Positions 28,601-37,700 of a stretch of DNA of 64,000 nt are shown here, piece after piece. The notes beneath the pieces are model-generated. The model was not told where the DNA came from and did no database searches. It saw nothing but the letters and a program-made list of their open reading frames with translations. Both the position numbers and the translations under genes were made by a program. Each line of letters starts with the position of its first letter. Position 1 is the first letter of the stretch. The stretch is from a virus, in the IMG/VR virus record IMGVR_UViG_3300034175_000063, positions 13,649 through 77,648 of that record, one strand, 5' to 3'.

Positions 28601-28936
28601 ATGGATAACGACCAGAAGACCGAACACGCCATTCAGCGTGCCGGCATGACAGCCCCCCGTATCACCCCCGATCAGGTCAATGATCTGATGGCTCGCGTCC
28701 ACATCGACACCACGGTGTTGCCGGGCACGACCACCACGATCGGTTCCGCGAACCTGGTCAGCAAGGATGGCAAGCGCACCTTCTGCCTGGCGATCGGCCA
28801 CTCGGCCTGCGTCAGCCCGGAAAATTTCAGCGCCTCCATCGGTGCCGACATCGCCACCAGCAAAGCAACGCAGATGGCCAAGGACAAGCTGTGGGAACTC
28901 CTCGGCTTCGGCCTGTTCCAGGGGATGGACAAATGA
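28601..28936 (+). CDS. Phage gp49/66-family protein (Acb4-like nucleotide sponge candidate)
   Basis: TAPRITP, G.SACVSPENF...IG..IA...A.DKLWELLGF signature. Confidence 0.75.
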   Translation: MDNDQKTEHAIQRAGMTAPRITPDQVNDLMARVHIDTTVLPGTTTTIGSANLVSKDGKRTFCLAIGHSACVSPENFSASIGADIATSKATQMAKDKLWELLGFGLFQGMDK

Positions 28937-29529
28937 GCCTGCACCCTACCCGCCGCCCATTCGAGGCCCGCGTGATCGCAGAAAAATCCGAGCTCGACGT
29001 CCGCCTGTTCTCTCTGGAACAGTTCTTCCTGAGCGACCAGTTCACCAAGGTCGACGAACCAGAACAGTGGCGCTTGAAGCGTCAGTTCACGGCCATGGCC
29101 GAATACGCCAAGATCCTGGGCGAACGTATTGCAGCGTTCACCCCGGTTGAACCGGTCACCAATCTCGACAACCCTGGCCCGCGTGGCCATGAGAAGTCGA
29201 TCCCGGTGACCGAGCTCAATCCGGAACTGGCCGGCACGGCGTTGTTCAAGGAAGAAGTCCCGATCGGCGCCAAGCCAATCGAAGACATCGACACCTTCGC
29301 CATGATGGTCGACCAGTGGCACGGTAAGTGTATGGAGCAGGGCAACCGCCTGCTCGAGATCCCTGAAGGCACCGAGGTGACCGTTGAAAACCATGCGGAG
29401 CCGGGCAAGGTCATCCAGATGAACCTGGACGGCCCCTACCTACATGTGTTCCGTGTCGGCGTCGAGTCGGCCCTGAACGTGTTCAAGGATCTCCCTTTCG
29501 GCGCCAGCCTGGAAGACGCACCGCAATGA
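28933..29529 (+). CDS. fusion of a crAss001_48/Y16Q-like helical domain and a probable conserved N4-type C-terminal domain
   Basis: RVIAEKSELD.RL..L..F.....F......EQ..L..Q...M..Y..IL.ERIAAF, then linker, then F...V..WH......LLEIPEG...F..GV..AL.....LPF. Confidence 0.7.
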   Translation: MSLHPTRRPFEARVIAEKSELDVRLFSLEQFFLSDQFTKVDEPEQWRLKRQFTAMAEYAKILGERIAAFTPVEPVTNLDNPGPRGHEKSIPVTELNPELAGTALFKEEVPIGAKPIEDIDTFAMMVDQWHGKCMEQGNRLLEIPEGTEVTVENHAEPGKVIQMNLDGPYLHVFRVGVESALNVFKDLPFGASLEDAPQ

Positions 29530-30101
29530 GCCTGATCCGCGTGGTCGGCTTCGACCCATCACTGCGGAATTGGGGTGTGGCCAAGGGCAACATCGACATG
29601 GAAAAGGGCGTTCTCGTCCTCGATCATGTCGACGTCATCCAGCCCAGTCTTCCCACCGGCAAGCAGGTTCGTCAGAACTCGCTGGACCTGGAGGCAGCCA
29701 ACCAGCTCGCATCCATGGCCCTGAGCTTCGCAAAGGGCGCCCAGGCGATCTTTGTCGAAGTCCCGGTAGGAAGTCAGTCCGCTCGCGCGATGGCCTCCTA
29801 TGGCATCTGTGTGGGCGTCCTGGGGGCATTGCGGGCCACAGGCATTCCCTTCTTCGAGGTCACCCCGACCGAGGTGAAGCTGATTGCACGAAATCGCAAT
29901 GCCACCAAGCTCGAGATGATCGAGTGGGCAATGGCCCAGCACCCTGAAGCACCCTGGCCGATGTTCAAGCAGAACGGCGTCGTTCAGGTGAGCCAGGCAA
30001 AGGCCGAACACATGGCCGATGCCACCGCCGCCATTTATGCCGGCGTCCGCACCACCAGCTTCAAACAGTCGCTGCATCTGATGCAATTCAGGTCAGCATA
30101 A
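29526..30101 (+). CDS. ruvC: RuvC-like Holliday junction resolvase
   Basis: VVGFDPSLRNWG, IFVEVP, VTPTEVK, ATKLEMI, HMADA. Confidence 0.85.
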   Translation: MSLIRVVGFDPSLRNWGVAKGNIDMEKGVLVLDHVDVIQPSLPTGKQVRQNSLDLEAANQLASMALSFAKGAQAIFVEVPVGSQSARAMASYGICVGVLGALRATGIPFFEVTPTEVKLIARNRNATKLEMIEWAMAQHPEAPWPMFKQNGVVQVSQAKAEHMADATAAIYAGVRTTSFKQSLHLMQFRSA

Positions 30102-30133
30102 TTTAATCGCAGCACCGTCCTAAAGAGAGTCTC

Positions 30134-30730
30134 ATGAACATTACCCTCAAACAAGCTGACATCGAAAAGGCAGTTCGCCTGTACATCGAGCGTCAGGGCT
30201 TCCACCTGCTGAACAAAACCCTGTCCATCGACTTCTCGATGGGTCGCGGTGAGAACGGCTTGTCGGCGATCCTGACCATCGAAGACGCGGTGACCATCCC
30301 TGGCTACACCGACCAGACCGATCCGGTTGCTGGTATCAGCGCCGGCCCTTCGGCTGCAGTGCAAGCTCTGGCCGCGGCCGTCAGCCTGCCGGCAACCGAA
30401 ACGGTCAAGCCGACCCAGCCTGAAGGGCTGACCAAGCGCGCAGCCGATCAGGTCATCCTGCCAGGCGGCGGTGAAGTCAAGCCAATGCTGAAAGCAGCGG
30501 CCGATCCGGATCCTGTCGCGGTTGTCGTTGACGAAGTGGTCGAAGTGGCCAAGGTCGCACCGGCCACGCTGGCTGAAGTCGCTGAAGCCGGCATCGCCGT
30601 TGCTGCAGTGGCCACGCAGGAAACCGAAGCGGCCGCGGCTGCTCCAGTTGCTGAAGCCAAGGTTGCTGAAGCTGCTCCAGCTCCAGTCGCCGAAGCACAA
30701 GCGAAACCGACCACCTCGCTGTTCGGTTAA
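30134..30730 (+). CDS. N4-type hypothetical protein with Ala/Glu-rich tail ending SLFG
   Basis: MNITLKQADIEKAV...IDFSMGRGENGLSA; low-complexity C-terminus. Confidence 0.75.
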   Translation: MNITLKQADIEKAVRLYIERQGFHLLNKTLSIDFSMGRGENGLSAILTIEDAVTIPGYTDQTDPVAGISAGPSAAVQALAAAVSLPATETVKPTQPEGLTKRAADQVILPGGGEVKPMLKAAADPDPVAVVVDEVVEVAKVAPATLAEVAEAGIAVAAVATQETEAAAAAPVAEAKVAEAAPAPVAEAQAKPTTSLFG

Positions 30731-30736
30731 TCGCCC

Positions 30737-30913
30737 ATGAATGTCCTCAAGTGGTTTGGCTGCGTCATTGCAGCCATCCTCTTGGTGGCAATCGTGATTG
30801 GCGTATATGCGTTCATCCACATCATCATCGCGGTCGTGACCGTGGTGTTCCTGGTGTGGATGGCTGCCATCGGCATTCGCGCTTACTTCAAGAGCCGACC
30901 GCGTAAAATGTAA
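30737..30913 (+). CDS. small membrane protein (58 aa; absent from ORF track)
   Basis: MNVLKWFGCVIAAILLVAIVIGVYAFIHIIIAVVTVVFLVWMAAIGIRAYFKSRPRKM. Confidence 0.7.
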   Translation: MNVLKWFGCVIAAILLVAIVIGVYAFIHIIIAVVTVVFLVWMAAIGIRAYFKSRPRKM

Positions 30914-31027
30914 TTCGCTGCCCACCACCCAGATAGGCTGGGGGCAGATTCAACAGGATGGGGCACATCTACCTTCAAAAGACCGAAGGGCACGGGCGGG
31001 AACCCATTGTGGCGTGCTCCACCCTGT

Positions 31028-31665
31028 TGATGCAGGTCTTGTTAGTCGGCTGGACGACAATCCGTCCGTGAGTTCTTGTAACCTGGTGTGAAGCCGGGGA
31101 ACAGCCACTTCACCTACGAGGTTCTGATCTGAAACGCTTGTGACCCCTGATACGGGCATGGTTTAGCGCATCCATAAAACAGAGCATCAACACGTTAAGC
31201 AGCCCCGCGTCAGTGGGCAGCACCAACACCCGAGCGCCGGGACGGAGTAGGCCAGGAAATTTGTGGCCGAAACGTAGTCCCGCTACCTGTAGTCAAGGCA
31301 GGTCGCTCCGGTGTTGGAGATGGTGTAAGGCGCAAGCTGGCTGCGATGAAAGACCTGGGCTATTCCCCAGCGTGAAATAAGCACGTCCAGAGGACCGGGT
31401 TCGATTCCCGGTATTCAACTAGAGGTATGCGGTTCGAGTCCGCTCGCTGGCCGAGATTAGGTAAATGCCATAGGGGTTCGAGTCCCCTTGCCCGGTAGCT
31501 TTATGCTTTACGGGACACGGGTGGGAGGCGGCTTGTAGTAGAATCACCGAGCAGCGGACAAGTCCAGTCCATCGTGAGGGTAGGCCAGCTGGCATCCCAA
31601 GCAATAGCGTAAACAAGACCGTGGGGAGGGTGCAACATAGTTCCACGTTAAGCTACAGTGCATCA
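31028..31665 (+). ncRNA. candidate large ornate structured RNA (~640 nt, possibly starting at ~30918)
   Basis: No credible ORF; 5'/3' long-range pairings, nested multi-way junctions, three GGTTCGA(T/G)TCC T-loop hairpins, terminator immediately downstream. Confidence 0.7.
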
Positions 31666-31667
31666 TT

Positions 31668-31703
31668 AAAGCCCCGGTCCTCCTCACAGAGTCCGGGGCT
31701 TTT
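31668..31703. terminator. bidirectional intrinsic terminator between ncRNA region and vRNAP
   Basis: AAAGCCCCGG...CCGGGGCTTTT. Confidence 0.8.
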
Positions 31704-31707
31704 CTCA

Positions 31708-34700
31708 TTACTGCCCGTTGTACACCGCCGTGGTGAATGGTCCGGTCAGCAGGCCCACCGTGGTCACCGAATCCAACGAGCCGAAGTAGCTCAGCGCGCC
31801 GGCGTTAAACGGATTGCCGAAGTGGTGGATGAAGCTCGAGTCCATCACCGTCGGCTGGTCCCCCAACATGTGCTCGGCCGCCATCAAGGCGAGTACCCGG
31901 CCAGGCGAGTCCTTATAAATACGTGCAAGCACCTTCTGGATGCGAACATAGTATTTCGAGAACATGATCAACCCCGTGTCATTAGCGTACTGGATTTTCC
32001 GGTGCGTCGGGACGTCGTAGTTGATGAACGCTTCGGAAGCGCGCTGCACAGCTTGCTCATGGGTCATCGACTTGACGTCATGCTGGTACAGCGTGTACCG
32101 GGCCAGGAAGTCACTGATCTGCGTTGCGTAGCTCATCATCTTGTATGGCGCCGTGCTGTGGTGCATGGTGAGCAGCTGCACGCCTTTCAGGATGTGTGGG
32201 TTCACACCTTCGATGAAGCCGTCGACCTTTTCGTCGAACCGCGACTTGTACGAGTAGATGTCCTCATCGACGCCCACATCCTCAACGATGGTCGGCATCA
32301 GGCCGGCGTCGATCAGCGGACGGATCGGGTTGCGGGCCAGGCTGTCTTCCAAGCGTTGGATCAGGTAGGCGGCTTTGCTCGCATTCATGCCAGGTTCAAA
32401 GTGACCGATCGTCTGCTGGTGCTTCAAGGCGAACAGCTTGGCATTGTCCTGCTTGTATTCCCAGGCCGACTTGAACGCCACACGATGGCTGTCGAAGATC
32501 TGCTTCGGCGACACGCCCATCAAGAAAAGCTGCGACCAGTTCGACCGCAGGTTGCCCGTCATGGTCGACCACGATTTGACCACCAGGTTGGCCTTCGTCT
32601 CCTTGACGATCGCCTGCCAGATGTCTTCGGACTGGCGAGCACGCAGCTGGGCCTTGTCCTTGAAGGCATAGCTCATGATCTCGACGAACATGTTTTCGAC
32701 GAAGCTGCGCTGTGCCTTTTCCTTTTCAAACACCGTGCCGATGCTGAGCTTGCGATAGCCGAAGTTCATGTCGAGGATGTCGTTGCGGACCAGCATGCCA
32801 TCCTTGCCGAACAGGCTCTTGGCCAGCTGCTGGGTATCCCGCGGCAGCATGTCCCAGATTTCACGCAGCTGCGGATCAGCCGACGTCGGGCCGACCTGCA
32901 GATAGGCTTCCGGATGATCGGCAAAGTCCAGCTTGTACTGTTCGTGCAGAGCCTTGATGGCGTTGGCGTTCTGCACTTTCGACGCTACCTTGTCGAACGT
33001 GTTGCCGGCCATCGAGCCCAGCAGGTGATCGGTACGGTTGTCCCGGTTCAGCAGCTTGTCCTTGACGACGTTGCTCATCATGTAGCGGTAGTTGGTCACG
33101 TCACCGTTCGGGTTTAGCACTGGTGCCATGTGGGCTTCCTTGACCGCTGTTGGATCGAAGCCAGTACCAGTGAACATGCTTTGAATGGCCGGACGCTTAC
33201 CGATCCGGATCGCTGCCATGTTCATCGCGTTCTGCTGGCCAGCCACCGATACAGGGTGAGCACCGGTGATGACCTGGCTACCCTTGGCTTTGGAATCGGT
33301 CGTGCTGATGATGCCCGAGTTCCATTGTTTCAGGCCGCCGTCACGCAGCGAGTAGATCCGCTTTTGGTCAGATACCGGGTCCGCTGCGTCGCGCGGCAGG
33401 TAGCCGGGCATTGCCGTGTAACCTTTCTTGACCAGCTCGATACCCTCATCATCGGTGGCCATCACCACCGTCATGTAGGGATCGTAAATCTCCGGGACGT
33501 AGCCTTTCATCTGCAGGGCTTCACTGTCCGAGAACAACTTGTCCTTGCTCTCGGCCTGCAATGCCGTGTGGGTCTTCATGATCATCTCGATGCCATGGCC
33601 ACCGTCGGTGCGTGCTGCTTCAGCGGCAAACACCTCGGACAACATCTTCATGTCGACCCGGCTGGCGTACTTCAGCGCGTAGAGCGAAGCCAGACGATCA
33701 ATGATCGGGGCGGCAGCCAGAGCCTGGGCCGGCGTGACACTCATGCCCGTGCCATACAGGCGGGCGATGTTCCCGGCGTTCATCAGCTGGTGGGCCGTGG
33801 CCACGCGGCTGGTGGCCATGAAGTAGCCCAGCCCTTTCGCCGAGTTGATGTAGAACCGGTTCATCTTGCCACCGGCAACGAGCTGAGCTTCATGCGAGTC
33901 GATCTCCGTCTGCAGGTCACTCGTGCTGTTGACCAGGTTCTGCAGCTGGGCCACCGTGTAGGTGCCGAGCAGGGACTGCATGTCACCACGCAGGACCACC
34001 GCGGTGAGTGCTTTCTTCTGGTCGTCGGTCAGATCCTCACCTGCATTGACGAAGGATCCCGATACCGCTTTCGAGATGTTCGAGATGGTGTCCTTGCGGA
34101 TACCCTCCAAGTGCTTGGTGCCACGCAGCAGGAAGTGGTAGACCTTGTTCATGTCGGTTGCACCGCGTACTTCGTTCATCAGCGATGCTGCAACGCCGAG
34201 CTGGCCGGTCATCGTCTTGTCGCGCAAGCGAAGGTAGGCATCCATGATGGCGTCGACGCGATCGCCGGCAACCGCCGACATGACATTGCCACCCAGCTTC
34301 ACGAAGGCGTTACCGCTGTTCTGGAAGAAGGGCTTCTTGCCGAAGGCTTCCACCGCCGCGCGCACCGAGTCGCTCATGTCTTCGGCCGTGTCGGCGATGC
34401 GGTTCAGCGTCTGCGAGGCGCCGGACGTGATCCGGTTGTGACGCTTGGCTTCGATCTCGACCATCTGCTTGACCAGGGCGTTCAGCTTCTTGTCAGCCAT
34501 CTGGCCGCGGAAGGTCTTCGTCAGGCGGCCGGCCACCCAGCTCATGATCGTGTTGAAGATCTTGTTGAGCCGTTCGTTGAAACCCATGCTTGGATTGTTC
34601 GTGGCGCCGGTGGCAGTGTGAAACTGCAGTTGCTCGCGGAAGCCAGAATGCACCAGGCCCAGGGCGGCAAAGCGGCTCATGTAATCGGACTTGCCGGTGG

Positions 34701-37700
34701 CATCCTGCTTGATGGCGAAGACGAAATCGTAGAGTGCCTTGGCCTGATCCTTTTCGATCTGGGTGGCCGTGGTCCAGTCGCCCTTGTGGAAGGATTCGAC
34801 CGTCAGCTTGGCCCGGACCTCGTTGTAGAGGCGGGTCATTTCCTTGTAGGCGACCGTCATCACACCGTCGTTGTGCGACAGTGCAGTGCGCATCGTGGCT
34901 TCTACCTGCTCCAGGACGAAAGCTTCCTGATCGGTGAAACCGAAACCAGCAGCCAGAGACTCGGATGCGAACGGGGCCACGCCGGTGCTCAGTGCATCAG
35001 CGTAGACATCCAGCGGATCCTGTGCGGTCTGCTCCATGAGAGCGGCCTTGAAGGAACCGAAGGGACCATACACCGACTTCACCAGCGTTGACAACAGCCC
35101 TTGCAGGTGCGTGCTGTGTTCAGCCGAGATCTGGGCGCCGTTGTTCGACTGGGCCAGCGCAGCGTAGATGTCCAGGGTCGACAGGTCACGCACGTTTGCG
35201 GCGCCAGGCGTCGAGATGGCCAGGGTTACCGGGCCGGCTGCTGCCGGTTTGTTTTGCTGCGCTGCCTGCTCGAACAAGCCAGACACATTCGACAAGAACG
35301 TGGTCATACCGCTGCTCATTGCAGCGTTGGGACGACCGAAGAACAGAGCTGTAATCTTGTCGATAAATGCGGCCATTGCCGTGATCAGGCGGTTGCCACC
35401 GGTCTTCGACGTGTAGCTGATGGCGGCCATTACATCGTTCTGGAACTCAGCGTTGGTCATGCCGTAGGCAATGAACTCGTCCAGGTTCTCAAAGACACGG
35501 GAGTAATACGCGATGCGGTCTGGCGACTCGCTGCTGGCCACGTATTGCTTGGCCATTTCCATCAACGCTTCGAGCTCTTCGACCAGCTTCAGTGCATCAC
35601 TGGTATAGGGCTTGGCCGGCTTCTCTCCTTCGTTGTTAATGATCTCACCATCGCGGATCGCCTGCTCAGCGCGCGTCGTCTGCACCAATGCAGCGTGCAC
35701 CATCTCGTGCAGCAGTACCTCGTTGTCGAGGCCCGAGTACACAAAGTCGTCGGACATCACGTAGATGGCTTGGTTTTCAATGCCGTCAGCTACGTTTATA
35801 TACATGCCGCGGGCATTCTGGCTGATCTCGTGGTGGATCAGGTCAGCCGGTACGGTGTCCTTGGTGATGTATTTCACCACCATGTTGCCGGCGACAGTGC
35901 GCTCCAGCTGTGACAGCAGCTTCATGCTAAAGTCGTCCTTCATGGTCTTGCGCAGCAGGGCCACCACTTCCTTGACGGTTTGATTCGGCTTGGCCTTAAA
36001 TGCTGCGGTTAGCTTAGGATCATAACGGCCGAGAGGCTTGCCCAGTTGAGCAACTGGGTTGGCGTTCACCGGCTTGGTTTCCATCTCCGGGTCGGCTTTC
36101 GCTGCTCCCTTTTTCTCTTTGGCCGGGCGGCTGGCCATCTCAGCCTTGATCGCTGCTTCCAGCTTATCTGACACCGAGGTGAGGGCCGAGCGGTCGACGT
36201 CTGAAACACCGACCTCAAGCGCCGAGCGCAGCGAGGCCGCCGAGGAACGGTGGGAAGACTCGACAGCGAAGGCACCACCCTCCATCGCATATTGATTCAC
36301 CGCCGTCATGGTCGACATCGTGTCCAGCTTCATGCTGTCGGCACGATAGGCCATGCTCTGGGCCAGCTCAGCCTGCAGGTACAGCACGCCTTCAGGTGGG
36401 ACATCGTGCTTCTCAGCGAAGGTCACCAGCGACTTGGCCAGCTTGGCCATGGTCGCATCCGATACCTTGCCGGCCGCCAGCATAGCATTCAGTCCACGCA
36501 CCGTGCGCAGCAGAGCGTTCTTCACCTCGTTCGCCGGCGAGTAGTTCAGCATGGTGTCCCAGGTCGCTTCGTTCATGCGACGTGCTGTCTCAACGATGCC
36601 GCCGACACCGTGACCCTGTGCATCGTGGATGTTGAGGGCTTGGCCATCGACGTTCGCACGCACCGAGATAGCCGAGTCGGCCGAGTGCATCGACACTGGG
36701 ACCATGGCCACACCTGGGCCGGCTGGCGTTGTCTCATAGCCGTGCACCTGGGTGCTCTTGCTACCATCTTCAAATGGCTGGCCGAACTTCACCACATTCT
36801 GGTAGGTGTCCTTGTCCGAGAGCTTGCGCTCGGCTTTGGCCACCATGATGCCTGCCTCCAGGTCTTTCGATTCTTGGGACATCGGCGTGTTCATCACCGG
36901 CAGCAGGGCGGCCGTCTGCTTGCGCAGTTCAACTTCCTGAGCGTTGGTGAGATCGTGGATCGGCACACCGGTCTTCGGATTCACTGCCATCTTGCCGTCG
37001 GCGACCAGCTGCGTGATCATCTCTTCGCGCATGCCCTGGTACACAGCGTTGTAGACTTCAAACGTCAGCTGTGCTGTCTTGTTGAACTCGGTACGTTGGG
37101 CGATGAAGACCTCGAAGTCCTGCTTCATGGTTTCTTCCACGGCCACGCCGAGCGAGTCCTTGAAGGCGCCCTTGAGTGTCTTGATCTGCTGGCTGGTGAA
37201 CTCGTGTTCCATCAGGTCGATGTTGGTCGGCAGCCGCACACCCATCACCTCCAGGTGCAGCAGGATTTCGCCTGGTGTCATCTCGCCTTCTTCAATCGCC
37301 GTGTAGATCGAGTCGACGAAGTTGTCGGCCATCGAGTCCACTGCGTTGTTCACCGACGAACCGAAGACCATCGCGGTCAGCGGGGTCTTGATGATGTTCC
37401 GGCCTGCCTTTTGCACGACGCCTTTGCTGTCGGCCAGCTCGCCAGTGAAGGCGTAGATCGAAGCCATGAGCTCAGGATCCAGGTTGGCAGCATTGATCGC
37501 CTGCGTCATGTGCAGGGCCGTGTTCTCGTACAGATCGAAGTTCTCCGGCGCGTCGCGCCAGGTGTTGTATTCGATATGGTCGTTGCCTTGCTCGAAGAAG
37601 CCACCGCGGTTCAGTAGGGCGTACATCTCCTTGACCGTGTTGGCCGCGCCCAGCAGCAGATGCGACAGCATCGGGCCGTTGGTCACACCGTCCACCTCGG

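Noticed and set aside
31238-31282. Hammerhead ribozyme (stem followed by GAAAC)
   Set aside because: The CTGANGA core is missing (CGGAGTA instead); it fits a loop-E-like motif better
30940-31420. tmRNA (GGGGC..GATTC.AC-like start and a later T-arm)
   Set aside because: No acceptor 3' strand or CCA after the T-arm and no tag reading frame ending in an ALAA-like sequence; the GGGGC is used in a local hairpin
31380-31495. tRNA genes suggested by three GGTTCGA(T/G)TCC motifs
   Set aside because: The first two arms are only 35 nt apart and the third 43 nt further; no D-arm, anticodon arm, acceptor stem or CCA can be built around any of them
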